A stretch of DNA of 64,000 bases, from assembly GCA_910577205.1 (NCBI GenBank), contig CAJTMA010000007.1, forward strand, positions 5,373 to 69,372, read 5' to 3'. Source of the DNA: an uncultured Alphaproteobacteria bacterium. GTDB taxonomy: Bacteria > Pseudomonadota > Alphaproteobacteria > RF32 > CAG-239. This document shows positions 9,887 through 19,876 of this stretch, piece by piece; within the stretch, counting starts at the first letter, position 1, and every line of letters begins with the position of its first letter. The notes beneath the pieces are model-generated. The model searched no databases. It was not told the DNA's origin and worked only from the letters and a program-made list of their open reading frames with translations. The position numbers and the translations under genes are program-made.

Positions 9887-10683
9887 TTATCTCTTATTTC
9901 CGCAATCAGGGCTGTATGGTCAGACGGCTTTGAACCGGCTCGCGGCGATTTGTCGACACTGCAGGCAACCAAACGGTCAGCAGCTTTCGGGGACAGCCAC
10001 AAGTAATCAATGCGCAGCCCCATGTCATTAGCAAACGCCCCTCCGGCATAATCCCAATAAGTATAACCGTTGAGCGGCAGCGGATACAACGCACGAAAAG
10101 CATCTGTCCAGCCTTGATATTCAATAGCTTTTAAGCGCTGGACAACCTCAGGGCGAAACAGCGCATTGTTTCGAAACAGCTCGGGATTATAAACGTCATT
10201 ATCCGTTAGAATAACATTAAAATCTCCCCCAAGGATGACCGGTTCCTGCACGTGCAGCAATTCATCGGTATGTTTAAACAAAGCTTCCATCCAGCGCAAC
10301 TTATAGGCAAATTTAGAAGTATCGTCCGGGTCGTTATAAGGCGGGTTGCCGTTGGGCAGATAAATGGACGCCACGCGAACATTTTCACCATTGACAGCCA
10401 CAACGGCTTCAAGGTAACGCGCCTGATCATCCTCAAACCCGGGAAGTCCCTCTCTCACGACTTTGATTTTATGCCGGCTCAACACTGCCACACCATTATA
10501 ACTTTTCTGCCCCCAAATTTTGGCATCATATCCCACAGTCTGAAAATCAAAAAACGGAAAGCTGTTAAACTCGGTTTTAATTTCCTGCAGCAAGACGATA
10601 TCCGGCTGGACCTTTTCCAGCCAGGGCAGCAGGTTTTCCAAACGAGCATTAACAGAATTGACATTGAACGTGGCGATTTTCAT
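9883..10683 (-). CDS. xthA: exodeoxyribonuclease III
   Basis: 266 aa. MKIATFNVNS...LQEIK and the C-terminal SDHTALIAEI motif of ExoIII/AP endonucleases. Confidence 0.9.
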   Translation of the reverse strand: MKIATFNVNSVNARLENLLPWLEKVQPDIVLLQEIKTEFNSFPFFDFQTVGYDAKIWGQKSYNGVAVLSRHKIKVVREGLPGFEDDQARYLEAVVAVNGENVRVASIYLPNGNPPYNDPDDTSKFAYKLRWMEALFKHTDELLHVQEPVILGGDFNVILTDNDVYNPELFRNNALFRPEVVQRLKAIEYQGWTDAFRALYPLPLNGYTYWDYAGGAFANDMGLRIDYLWLSPKAADRLVACSVDKSPRAGSKPSDHTALIAEIRDK

Positions 10684-10749
10684 TTTATACCTTTTTTAAA
10701 CTGTTTGTTATAATGTAATGCAAAATTATATCGTTGGAAAGGGAAAAAT

Positions 10750-11904
10750 ATGGAACTTGCAAATTATGCTTTAACTCCTGAAAAAAGCAGGGGGCGTTTG
10801 TATGCGGATTTTACGAATGTCATCCGCTCTCCTTTTCAACGTGACAGGGACAGGCTGATCCATTCTTCGGCATTCCGTCGTTTGGACGGGAAAACCCAAG
10901 TGTTTGCCTACCACGAGGGCAAGAATTACCGCACACGGCTGACACATAGTATTGAAGTTGCCCAAATCACCAGAACGATTTGCAAATCGCTTAACCTGAA
11001 CGAAGAACTCGGCGAAGCTATCGCGCTGGCCCATGACCTCGGCCATTCGCCTTTCGGCCATGCAGGAGAGCGCGGTTTACAAAATGCCATGTCGAAATTC
11101 GGCGGATTTGACCACAACATCCAATCTCTCAAAATCATGACCAAGCTTGAAAGGCATTATCCGGAATTTCCCGGACTGAACCTAACATGGGAAACACTGG
11201 AAGGCACGGTTAAACATAATGGCCCGATTAAAAAAGTCACTAATGACTATTTGAAAAACTTTAACAAACAATATGATTTGGATTTGAAAAATTATCCGTC
11301 TATGGAAGGGCAAGTCGGCGCAGCGGCAGATGATATCGCATATAACAACCATGATATTGATGATGGTTTCAACGCCGGATTTTTCACCATAAGCCAACTG
11401 CGGGAGCTGCCGTTTATTAACCAGATTCTTACTGATTTTGAAAAAAGCAATCCCGGGAGCGATGACAAGCTGAAGATTTACGCCGTCACCCGCAATATGA
11501 TTGCACGAATGATTTTTGATGTGATGCGCAACACCAAAAATAATTTGAAAAAATTTAATATCCAAAGCGATGCTGACGTACGGAAGCAAAAATCGCTGAC
11601 AGTAGATTTCTCCGCGGAAATGAAAGATGAAATCAAGCAACTGCGCTCTTTCCTCAAAGAATATTTTTATACCCACACCAGTGTTGCGCGAATGGATATG
11701 AAATCGCAGAAAATTATTGAAGAGCTGTTTAATGTTTTTATGAATGACTATAAATTATTGCCTATGGATTTGCGCGGCCGCCTTTCCTCCTGCCGCAAAG
11801 ATGCCGAAGCAGCAGAAATCATTTGCGAGTATATTGCCTGCATGACTGATATGTCCGCCGTTGAAGAACACCGCAAACTCTTTGACGTTCATACCAGATT
11901 TTGA
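10750..11904 (+). CDS. dgt: dGTPase-like deoxynucleoside triphosphate triphosphohydrolase (HD domain)
   Basis: 384 aa. HD motif HSIEVAQI...AHDLGHSPFGH. Confidence 0.85.
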   Translation: MELANYALTPEKSRGRLYADFTNVIRSPFQRDRDRLIHSSAFRRLDGKTQVFAYHEGKNYRTRLTHSIEVAQITRTICKSLNLNEELGEAIALAHDLGHSPFGHAGERGLQNAMSKFGGFDHNIQSLKIMTKLERHYPEFPGLNLTWETLEGTVKHNGPIKKVTNDYLKNFNKQYDLDLKNYPSMEGQVGAAADDIAYNNHDIDDGFNAGFFTISQLRELPFINQILTDFEKSNPGSDDKLKIYAVTRNMIARMIFDVMRNTKNNLKKFNIQSDADVRKQKSLTVDFSAEMKDEIKQLRSFLKEYFYTHTSVARMDMKSQKIIEELFNVFMNDYKLLPMDLRGRLSSCRKDAEAAEIICEYIACMTDMSAVEEHRKLFDVHTRF

Positions 11905-11980
11905 GAAAATGATTAAGGGCTTGTAAAGGATTTTTGTTTATAGTAGCAGAAAAAAGTATTGCATTAACAGGAGACAACAT

Positions 11981-12928
11981 ATGTTTCAGGAATTTCCGGA
12001 AGACAATAAGGGCGATGATTTTTTGAATGAATTTCGCCAGAAAATTGCCGATCAATCCTCAGCTAATCTTGAAGAAAGACGCAACGAATTGAAACGCTCA
12101 AAAAGCGTGTTTATCGGCGCTGTTTCCGGCGTGGCATTGGCCGGCGTTGTCGGCTGGTTTATTTTGGCGCCGCAATATGCCGATAATGGCAATGTCGAAA
12201 TTCCGGTTATCCGCAGACCGCAGACGGCCGTTAAAGTTCAGCCGAGCGAGCCCGGAGGAATGGAGATTCTGAATCAGGACAAGAGTGTTTATGACATCAT
12301 TGAAAAGAAAGACAATGAACCTGTCGTAGAAAATCTGCTGCCGCCGCCCGAACAGCCGAAGCTGCCGGAAATCATTGCCAGCGCGCCATTACCGATTGAA
12401 CCTGCTGTGGTAAACACTGCAGACAACCAATTGCACAGCAATGATATTGCTCCTGAAAAAACGATTGGTTCTGCGCCGGTTCAAGCCGTCAGAGAAAACG
12501 TGCCGGCTGCCATTTCTCAACAGACTGGGGATGCTCCTGAAGCCAAAGTTGTCGGCTTAAAAGAAGTTGTTCAGCAGGAAAATGCCAAAGCGGCAAATAA
12601 CGTTGTTACCGTTCCGGCAAAAGCTCCGGAAATCGTTCAGGCTGAACCTAAAAAAGCGGAAGCTCCGAAGAAAGCAGTCACCGGAATGTGGCAGATTCAG
12701 CTGATGTCTTCTCCGAATAAACAAGCTGTCGAGAAAGCATGGGTTTCTTTGACAAAGAAATATAAAATGCTGGCTAACCAGCCTCATGAAATTGAAGCCG
12801 CGGACTTAGATTTTGACAAGACATTTTATCGTTTGAAAGCTGGCGCTTTCGCTGACCGCAGCGGTGCTGATGAATTATGCAAAGACATCAAAGCTCTCGG
12901 CGGAACTTGTATCGTAAAGAAAAAATAA
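11981..12928 (+). CDS. SPOR-domain cell-division/peptidoglycan-binding protein
   Basis: 315 aa. One TM segment, a Pro/Ala-rich linker and a C-terminal SPOR-like domain (WQIQLMSSPNKQAVEKAW...YRLKAGAF). Confidence 0.65.
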   Translation: MFQEFPEDNKGDDFLNEFRQKIADQSSANLEERRNELKRSKSVFIGAVSGVALAGVVGWFILAPQYADNGNVEIPVIRRPQTAVKVQPSEPGGMEILNQDKSVYDIIEKKDNEPVVENLLPPPEQPKLPEIIASAPLPIEPAVVNTADNQLHSNDIAPEKTIGSAPVQAVRENVPAAISQQTGDAPEAKVVGLKEVVQQENAKAANNVVTVPAKAPEIVQAEPKKAEAPKKAVTGMWQIQLMSSPNKQAVEKAWVSLTKKYKMLANQPHEIEAADLDFDKTFYRLKAGAFADRSGADELCKDIKALGGTCIVKKK

Positions 12929-12929
12929 G

Positions 12930-13586
12930 ATGTGGAACGACCTGGTTTTTAAATTCATTCCCCTGATGGCAGCGATAATTCTGCATGAAGTTGCCCATGG
13001 TTATGCGGCATTATGGATGGGGGATGACACGGCTCAGAAACAAGGGCGTTTGTCATTTAACCCGCTTAAGCATATTGACCCGTTCGGAACAATCTTGCTG
13101 CCATTAATGTTATGGATAGCCCATGCCGGAATTATTCTCGGCTGGGCTAAGCCTGTTCCTGTCGATTTCAGCAATCTGAAACATCCCCGCAAAGGGATGT
13201 TTTGGGTGTCTGCCGCAGGGATTATCATGAACATCTGGCTGGCAATCATTTCAGCCTTGCTTATGCTGTTGATTCCATTTGTTCACAGCCCGTATATGCA
13301 AATGGTTTTGAATTTATTCTTCCTGAACATGATTGTTTATAACATTGTCATCGCCTTATTTAACGCTTTGCCCATTCCGCCGCTGGACGGTTCTAAGATT
13401 TTCTTTGGCTGGATTAACAAACCTTGGGCGGTCAAATATATCAATTCAGGTAAAACCGGACTGGCAATCATTGTTTTTCTGGTTTTCATTCTGCCGGAAA
13501 TCGGACGGGCATTTGGCTGGAACTGGAATCTATTCCGCCATTATATTATTGGCTCTACCCGTTTTTTAACTTCCCTTTTGGTATAG
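12930..13586 (+). CDS. site-2-protease-like membrane Zn-metallopeptidase (M50 family)
   Basis: 218 aa polytopic protein with HEVAHGY (HExxH) in the first TM region. Confidence 0.7.
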   Translation: MWNDLVFKFIPLMAAIILHEVAHGYAALWMGDDTAQKQGRLSFNPLKHIDPFGTILLPLMLWIAHAGIILGWAKPVPVDFSNLKHPRKGMFWVSAAGIIMNIWLAIISALLMLLIPFVHSPYMQMVLNLFFLNMIVYNIVIALFNALPIPPLDGSKIFFGWINKPWAVKYINSGKTGLAIIVFLVFILPEIGRAFGWNWNLFRHYIIGSTRFLTSLLV

Positions 13587-13595
13587 GATGCAGAT

Positions 13596-14666
13596 ATGGA
13601 ACAGCCGATTTTAGCAGCAATGCTTTCTCTTTCATCCACACGTCTGGGGGATGATGAAAAGCGGCTTTTAGCAAAATACAATCCTCTGGGCATCAGTTTA
13701 TTCGGAAGAAATATTGAAAATCTGCCGCAAGTTAAGGCTCTGGTTAAAGAGATAAAGGAAACCATCGGCAGAGATGACATCCTCATTGCCGTTGATCAAG
13801 AAGGCGGGCGAGTTTGCAGGCTGCAGGGCGATGGTTTTTATCCGCTGGCCTCAATGCAGCAATTAGGCAAAATTGCCGCAGAAAAGTCAATGGAACTTGC
13901 CACAGTAACGGCAGCGCAGCACGTTGCCTTAACTTGCTGTGATTTGAAAAAATCCGGAATTAATTTTAATTATGCTCCGGTATTGGACAAGGCTTATCCC
14001 GATACAACTCCTGCCCTGCGCAGCCGCTGTCTGGGCGAAGATGAAAAACTGATTGCAAAGCTTGGCAGAGCTATGCTGCAGGAATATGCCGTTAACCACA
14101 TTTGCCCTTGCATCAAACATCTGCCCGGCCATGGGCGGGCTGTCGTTGACCCGCATTTGCATTTGCCGGTTATTCATGCGTCGCTGAAAGAATTAGAAAA
14201 AGATTTTTATCCTTTCCAACAGTTAAGCGATGCGCCGGCAGGTATGACGGCTCACGTTGTTATTGAAGCCGTAGACAATTTGCCGGCAACGCAATCGCCA
14301 AAAGTTATTAATGAAATTATTCGCGGCGCAATCGGATTTGACGGGTTGTTGATTTCTGATGCAATTGACATGAAGGCACTGACAGGAACAAGCGCAGAAA
14401 AAGCCGCCGCTTCACTGGCTGCCGGCTGTGATGCCGTTTGCTACTGCTCGGGAAATATTAGTGAGATGGAAAGCGTTTGCCGAGCTTGCACAAATTTAGC
14501 GGATAAATCATTAATTCGGTTTGCCAAAGTGAAAAATATCATACAAAGTGAAGTTAACATAAATGCGTTAGCTGATGAGTATTACCGGACTGTCGGCACG
14601 ATTGAAACTTATGACAGCCAGTATGATGCCACAGAAGTATTACACCAAATGCAACAAAAAAATTAA
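13596..14666 (+). CDS. nagZ: beta-N-acetylhexosaminidase NagZ (GH3)
   Basis: 356 aa. AVDQEGGRV and KHLPGHG motifs of GH3 NagZ. Confidence 0.85.
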   Translation: MEQPILAAMLSLSSTRLGDDEKRLLAKYNPLGISLFGRNIENLPQVKALVKEIKETIGRDDILIAVDQEGGRVCRLQGDGFYPLASMQQLGKIAAEKSMELATVTAAQHVALTCCDLKKSGINFNYAPVLDKAYPDTTPALRSRCLGEDEKLIAKLGRAMLQEYAVNHICPCIKHLPGHGRAVVDPHLHLPVIHASLKELEKDFYPFQQLSDAPAGMTAHVVIEAVDNLPATQSPKVINEIIRGAIGFDGLLISDAIDMKALTGTSAEKAAASLAAGCDAVCYCSGNISEMESVCRACTNLADKSLIRFAKVKNIIQSEVNINALADEYYRTVGTIETYDSQYDATEVLHQMQQKN

Positions 14667-14680
14667 ATAAGGAGAAAGAG

Positions 14681-14917
14681 ATGTTTTCAGGTTTTTGGGG
14701 CTGGTTTTTAGTTGTTGTTATTGTTGCCGTCATCTTTGGGGCGGGCAAGCTTCCTGACTTGCAAAAAGAAGCAGAAGAAAAACTAAAATTAGGTTTGGCC
14801 GCTTTGGAAAAAGGCAAAGAAGAATTAAATAAAAAACTTGCCGAGAAAGCTCAAAAAGCCAAAAATAATTCTAAAAATGACTCCCCTAAGAATGATAAAA
14901 CGACTGATGGCGAATAA
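14681..14917 (+). CDS. tatA: twin-arginine translocase subunit TatA/E
   Basis: 78 aa. N-terminal TM helix followed by an amphipathic helix (WFLVVVIVAVIFGAGKLPDL), with a Lys-rich tail. Confidence 0.8.
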   Translation: MFSGFWGWFLVVVIVAVIFGAGKLPDLQKEAEEKLKLGLAALEKGKEELNKKLAEKAQKAKNNSKNDSPKNDKTTDGE

Positions 14918-14938
14918 GAAATCCGCATTAAAAAATTC

Positions 14939-14971
14939 AAGCTGTAACTTAATTGGTTACAGCTTTTTTTT
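14939..14971 (+). terminator. intrinsic terminator after tatA
   Basis: aagctgtaac-ttaattg-gttacagctt stem followed by T8. Confidence 0.6.
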
Positions 14972-15055
14972 ATTATCTGCCACAAAAAACAAAAAAAGAT
15001 GGATTTTCAACTATATTTATGCTAGCATAACAGTATAAACCATTGGAGAAGAGCA

Positions 15056-15493
15056 ATGAGTGTATCGGCAACCAGTAAAGTGTCCAGCTCTTCCTCCCCG
15101 CTGAAACGCACAGAACGTCGTTATGGCACAGGGGCTGAAGGGAATCCTTTTGTGGAAAACATTGACACCACAAATAATGTTTTGGTTCGGGATGAATCCG
15201 GCGAAGACAGACAACAAAAATCAGCTTATGACAATCAGGAAAAAGAAACCAAACGGGACAGCATTTCCGCTTCTCCGGCTTTTGTGTCTTCTGCGGCTAT
15301 AGAAGCTCTCAGCGCCAGCGGCGTTTATGAAATTTCTGACGAAGCAGTTGATTCTGCCCACCATAAAGTCAATGTATATGATAACAACAAAGCAATTATC
15401 GGGGATGACAACGATAATGCCGCAGATAACCCCTATCTAAAACACTTATACGAAAAAAACAAAATTTTAGAAGAAGTCGACGAGTTTGTTTGA
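15056..15493 (+). CDS. hypothetical acidic protein (145 aa)
   Basis: ORF with reasonable composition. No recognisable domain. Confidence 0.35.
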   Translation: MSVSATSKVSSSSSPLKRTERRYGTGAEGNPFVENIDTTNNVLVRDESGEDRQQKSAYDNQEKETKRDSISASPAFVSSAAIEALSASGVYEISDEAVDSAHHKVNVYDNNKAIIGDDNDNAADNPYLKHLYEKNKILEEVDEFV

Positions 15494-15555
15494 ATGTTTT
15501 GCACTAGACGTCATTGCCCTAAAACCAGCGCAAAGCTCATTTAAAATACAGCTTT

Positions 15556-16538
15556 TATCACCTAATTATCTATCTCCTTTAGACCAACAAAAAATCGCCC
15601 CTCATTAATGATTGACAGATTACTTTCGATGTGCTATTCTACATTCAGGCTTTGATTCAGTTATATTTGTGAGGTGTATTATGAAAATAATCAGCAAATC
15701 TTTGTTATGGTCTTCGGCATTCTCCTTAGTTCTGCCGCAGACTGCTTTCGCTTCCTTATCTTCGGCGTATGCCTCCCTCGTAGACACAAGCCAAAACCAA
15801 GCCTTTGAATCAAGGCCTGCACAATTTCTTAAATTAGCGGCGGTGCATTTTATCACCAATGACGGCGGTTTGAACTTTGGCGGAAGCAATCCCGGCGGAC
15901 AAGAGTTTAATCCCGGTGACTTATGCAAATCACGGGGCTATTTGCATAAAGGCTGTCCTGCCGGATATATTCCCGGTGAAGCCTGTACCGAAGACAGCTC
16001 CTTTGTTAAAGAATGCATTGACCCGGACACCTGGTGTCGCGGCAATGGATATAATGTAACGTCTTGTACCTTGCCTAAATATTTGTCCGGCAAATGTCCG
16101 CACAGCTCAACCTTATATAAATCCTGTGAAACAGATAATGCCCGGGCTTGCCGAGATGCCGGATATGCCTCCAGTTGTGAGGTCGGCAAAATCGGGGACA
16201 GAGCTTGCCCTTATGACAGTAAATACAAGACTTGCGTGTGTAATCCCTGCGCGGGGTTTGCCTATACCTCAGCACAAGCTTCGGCGCAGGGTTACGTCCC
16301 GGGTGAAGTCTGTAACTCCTGCGGCACAATGAAATACAAACGCAGCGAAGCGCCTTGCGATGGCTTCAAGACTTGCGACTGCGGCGGGGCGACCGGCGCT
16401 AAAACTTGCTGGAGCGGCACGGTCAAAAAGTTTGACACCTGCAAGGAGTGCTGCGACACGTCGAAATATAAATATGATTCTTCAAACTGCACCGGAGGCA
16501 ATCAGCTGGCAGGTAATTCCTGCGGCGGGAAATATGAC
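15556..16538. repeat. left arm of an about 0.98 kb inverted repeat (promoter/5'UTR plus first 930 bp of the Cys-rich paralog gene)
   Basis: Near-identical to the reverse complement of 54099-55085. The encoded N-terminal 309 aa differ at only a few residues. Confidence 0.85.
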
Positions 16539-17156
16539 ACCTGTAAAGCTCCGTTACAGTATTTGTATTCCGATAAGACATTAAGCTCGGAAGTTATTCC
16601 CAGTAAAAGCATTATTGGTATTGCCGTTGATCCCGAAAACAGGCTGGCGGTCGCCATTGATTACATCAAAGGCAAAGAATGGGGCGGTTACAAAACAGAT
16701 ATTCCAACTTTGGAAAATACGCCCAAAGCCGGGGCTGGTGTTTATGTCAGAGAAGAACGGAAAACTTATGGTATCAGAGATGGTAAGGCCAATACCGCTA
16801 AAATACTAGCTTACGGACGAACCAGCGGTACACCATATCCTATGGCTGAGGCTGCGAATAATTATCAGCCCAGCGCTTGTTCTGCAAGCAGCTGGTGCGG
16901 CAAGGGGAATTGGTATTTACCGTCAAACTGGCAGGTATTCCCTTATTTTGACAACCGAGAAACCATTCTTAATATGTTGGAAGCAATTGGTAAGTTACCG
17001 AATGACTGGTGGTATACAAAAGATGATTTTTATATTCAAACCTCTAATGAAATTAACGCCAGTGAAGCCGGATTTATTTACATCAATATCGGGCTAATGG
17101 CCCATGGCGCTAAAAACAATGACCAAGCGCTAGGATTAATATATATAACTTATTAA
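15681..17156 (+). CDS. secreted Cys-rich protein, paralog A: signal peptide, about 200 aa Cys-rich module, C-terminal DUF1566/Lcl-C-like domain
   Basis: Start placed at MKIISKSLL with RBS gaggtg. The signal peptide ends at FASL. About 40 Cys in the N-terminal half. C-terminal GNWYLPS..W motif resembles the DUF1566 W-x-LP-(S/T) signature. Confidence 0.7.
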   Translation: MKIISKSLLWSSAFSLVLPQTAFASLSSAYASLVDTSQNQAFESRPAQFLKLAAVHFITNDGGLNFGGSNPGGQEFNPGDLCKSRGYLHKGCPAGYIPGEACTEDSSFVKECIDPDTWCRGNGYNVTSCTLPKYLSGKCPHSSTLYKSCETDNARACRDAGYASSCEVGKIGDRACPYDSKYKTCVCNPCAGFAYTSAQASAQGYVPGEVCNSCGTMKYKRSEAPCDGFKTCDCGGATGAKTCWSGTVKKFDTCKECCDTSKYKYDSSNCTGGNQLAGNSCGGKYDTCKAPLQYLYSDKTLSSEVIPSKSIIGIAVDPENRLAVAIDYIKGKEWGGYKTDIPTLENTPKAGAGVYVREERKTYGIRDGKANTAKILAYGRTSGTPYPMAEAANNYQPSACSASSWCGKGNWYLPSNWQVFPYFDNRETILNMLEAIGKLPNDWWYTKDDFYIQTSNEINASEAGFIYINIGLMAHGAKNNDQALGLIYITY

Positions 17157-17166
17157 TTGCCATATT

Positions 17167-17198
17167 AAAACTCCGGGAAAATTCCCGGAGTTTTGTTT
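17167..17198. terminator. bidirectional terminator (aaaactccgggaaaattcccggagtttt)
   Basis: Perfect palindrome between convergent genes. The core is shared with the terminators at 53370 and 63885. Confidence 0.6.
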
Positions 17199-17199
17199 T

Positions 17200-18843
17200 T
17201 TATTTGCCCAATCGTTCCAAGTCATAAGGATAGTTGACATCAAGCAAAATATTCTCATCACCTTTCACTAGTTTTGTATAATCTGAATGCTCCATAAACA
17301 CCGGACGCAAATCAGCATTTTCCGGAACTAAATCCGCCACATCATAAAGTGATTTGCTCCAAATAGCCGGGTTGGATTTAATCCCTTTGACAGCTGCGGT
17401 TACCAGCTGTTTTTCTGCTTTTTTATCAAAAGTCTTAATCATTTTATTGATAAGTTCCGGCGTTATGTTCGGCATATCTGCCGGCAACAGCAAGACACCA
17501 TCGCAAAAACCCGGCACGGATTTGACACCCAATGCAATGCTGGTACGAAGCCCCGAACGATAACCTGAATTATAAATAATGTTGACATCGACATCTTCCA
17601 AAGCTTCTTCTAATTCTGCGGCATGGTCGCCGGTAATAACAAAGACAGGACTGGCCTGAGAACGTACCGCGGCTCTGACTGCCCGCAGAAACAAAGGCTC
17701 TCCCTCAACATCATACAAGAGTTTATTGCGTCCGGTCCGGCGTCCCACTCCGGCAGCCAAAATCACCGCTGCAATATTAGCACTCCCCGGTTTGGTTTTA
17801 GTATTGGCACGGATTAAATCCGCATCAGCGTCACCGTTGAATTTCTGTCCCGGATTAAGCCGGATATTCTGCGGATGTTTAAAATCCGCCGGGCTGATTT
17901 TCTCATTTACCAATGCCAGTTTGATATAATGATCGGCCAATGCGCTGTCTGTACTGTCATAATTAAATGGCAGCATAATGATTTTTTTATCGCGTTTACT
18001 GGCAATCAACAAATCTGACGCTCCGGTTTGGGGAATGGCATAAGCCGCAACTTCATCCGCCACACTGCGGACTGCCGTTGCAACAGTATCGTCCTGACAG
18101 CTGTTTCTTCGACCCGAAATGATAAAAACAACTTGGGCATCACTTTTTAAAGCCGCTTCCAAAGCATCGGCAATTTTTTCAACTTCATGTGGCGCTTGAT
18201 ACTCTGCCCCAAAGCCGAGTTCCAGCAGTTGAAACTGTTTTACCAATTTGGTGACAACTGCTGTCAAATGCACTGTTTCGGCGTTATCATTATAAAATTT
18301 GGTATAAAGCAGCGCTGCTTTTTGTTGTTGAGGCTGCATGACGCTTAACAGCGGCGTATTACCTGACAGGCTGAAGATAATATTATCTGTCTGTTCCACT
18401 GAAATAACCGGAATAGTCAACTCCAGTTGCGCAATTATATCACCTTTTTTTACCGACGTATAAGGCGGTAACGTATTCAGGATAACCTCCGGCGCAAGAC
18501 GATTAAATTTGGCTATCCGGTCATCCGCGGCAACAAATATGCCGTCGCTGTCAGCAACAATTGAACTTATACCGCTGTTTTCTGTCGCAAAGGCCGTATT
18601 TGCGCCGCAGAGTTTACCGCTGATAATACCCAAGGCCGTCACATTATCCAAATCATTTTCGTCCATCTCCGCGCCGAAAATACGTTTAATCCCCGAAAGT
18701 TTGAGCTGGAGAATATCTTCATCGTCAAGTTCATGGCCTTTGGGTAACACCATTCCGTCAAGACGCACCGGCTCAGACAAACGGATGCCTTTCGCCTGAT
18801 TGACATTATATTCTTGATATTTCATGTTCTGCCTTTGCTGCAT
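17200..18843 (-). CDS. fusion protein: N-terminal molybdopterin-binding-like region plus C-terminal MobA/MocA-like nucleotidyltransferase
   Basis: 547 aa. The C-terminus AAVILAAGVGRRTGRNKLL...LLPADMP matches the NTP_transf_3 (MocA/MobA) signature. N-terminal assignment is weak. Confidence 0.45.
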   Translation of the reverse strand: MQQRQNMKYQEYNVNQAKGIRLSEPVRLDGMVLPKGHELDDEDILQLKLSGIKRIFGAEMDENDLDNVTALGIISGKLCGANTAFATENSGISSIVADSDGIFVAADDRIAKFNRLAPEVILNTLPPYTSVKKGDIIAQLELTIPVISVEQTDNIIFSLSGNTPLLSVMQPQQQKAALLYTKFYNDNAETVHLTAVVTKLVKQFQLLELGFGAEYQAPHEVEKIADALEAALKSDAQVVFIISGRRNSCQDDTVATAVRSVADEVAAYAIPQTGASDLLIASKRDKKIIMLPFNYDSTDSALADHYIKLALVNEKISPADFKHPQNIRLNPGQKFNGDADADLIRANTKTKPGSANIAAVILAAGVGRRTGRNKLLYDVEGEPLFLRAVRAAVRSQASPVFVITGDHAAELEEALEDVDVNIIYNSGYRSGLRTSIALGVKSVPGFCDGVLLLPADMPNITPELINKMIKTFDKKAEKQLVTAAVKGIKSNPAIWSKSLYDVADLVPENADLRPVFMEHSDYTKLVKGDENILLDVNYPYDLERLGK

Positions 18844-18914
18844 TTATCCTGCTTTTATATAACATAACCACAGAATGAAAAAAAGGAAAGTTCAAAATGA
18901 ACTTTCCTCTCAAT

Positions 18915-19316
18915 TCAGGGTTTGAGCGTAAAGGCCTCCTTTACCGAACCGTTAAAGGTTACCGAAACACCTACGCCTTCCCGAGCACCCAATACAGTTA
19001 CCACAATCGTATGAGTGACAAAACGTCCGGGGATAAACTCATCCGCAACATAGGTTTTCTCAAAGCGGTAAGTTTTAGGCGTATCCCGCGGAATATACTG
19101 ATCTGCTACCCACGCACTGTTTTTATAACGGTAAACTTGCAAATATGTCTCATGGGATTCTATTCGCAAATTTCCCCACTGCAGCGCTACAATTTTATTG
19201 CTGTTGTACTTTTCAGTGGTTACCGTGGTTTGTTTAGACGTGGTATAAATCTGTTGGGCGAGCATACAAGATGCTCCGGCGATGATTAACATCATCGTAA
19301 CTAAAAACTTTTTCAT
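18915..19316 (-). CDS. small secreted protein (133 aa, signal peptide)
   Basis: MKKFLVTMMLIIAGASCMLAQQ signal peptide. No recognisable domain. Confidence 0.4.
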   Translation of the reverse strand: MKKFLVTMMLIIAGASCMLAQQIYTTSKQTTVTTEKYNSNKIVALQWGNLRIESHETYLQVYRYKNSAWVADQYIPRDTPKTYRFEKTYVADEFIPGRFVTHTIVVTVLGAREGVGVSVTFNGSVKEAFTLKP

Positions 19317-19336
19317 AATAATAAAAATTTAAATGG

Positions 19337-19804
19337 TTATTCTAAATCATATTCTTCGGCAATGTGGTTTCCTGCCATTTTGAAGACGACAGCTTCACAG
19401 TCAGCAACGATAATGCCTACCTTGTATGAAACCGTACCGCCGGGAACTTGGGCTTTGGCCGTGTAAATCTGTTCGCTGTCATACAACTTGGAAATCAGAG
19501 CCAGACGGCTGCGACTGCCATTGTATTGGCGATAAACATCTACACGATCTTTACTGTTGACGATAACCATATCGCCGATAGTAATTTTTTTGACTTTTCG
19601 GCCGACTACCCGAACTTCTGTTGTGCCGCGGCTGTATGTTTTCACAGGGGATAATCTTTTCAAATCATTCCCGGTATTAACAACACGACGGCAAGCTTCT
19701 TCAGCTCGGTTCATCTGGCCGATAAAACGGTCAAACTTGTCTTGAGCCGAAAGCGAGAAAATGCTGAGCATCAGTCCCGCCAAGAGAAATAATAGTTTTT
19801 TCAT
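19337..19804 (-). CDS. small secreted protein (155 aa, signal peptide)
   Basis: MKKLLFLLAGLMLSIFSLSAQ signal peptide. Tandem to the previous ORF. Confidence 0.4.
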   Translation of the reverse strand: MKKLLFLLAGLMLSIFSLSAQDKFDRFIGQMNRAEEACRRVVNTGNDLKRLSPVKTYSRGTTEVRVVGRKVKKITIGDMVIVNSKDRVDVYRQYNGSRSRLALISKLYDSEQIYTAKAQVPGGTVSYKVGIIVADCEAVVFKMAGNHIAEEYDLE

Positions 19805-19876
19805 TTTGTAAAATAATTAGTGTTTATGCATAAATTTTAGCACTAATTATCTTATTCGTCCAGTTTTTTAGATAAA

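Noticed and set aside
15505-15527. Shared 10-mer tagacgtcat (also at 20843-20852, within a tgacgttttagacgtca palindrome) near two accessory-region boundaries, considered as possible att or target repeats
   Set aside because: A 9-10 bp match is expected by chance about once in 64 kb on two strands. No further flanking similarity.
16360-16584. Pairs of identical small ORFs inside both repeat arms (for example 16360-16584 and 54077-54277, 16075-16329 and 54308-54562)
   Set aside because: They are antisense or alternate-frame shadows within the Cys-rich protein genes. They appear twice only because the DNA is duplicated.
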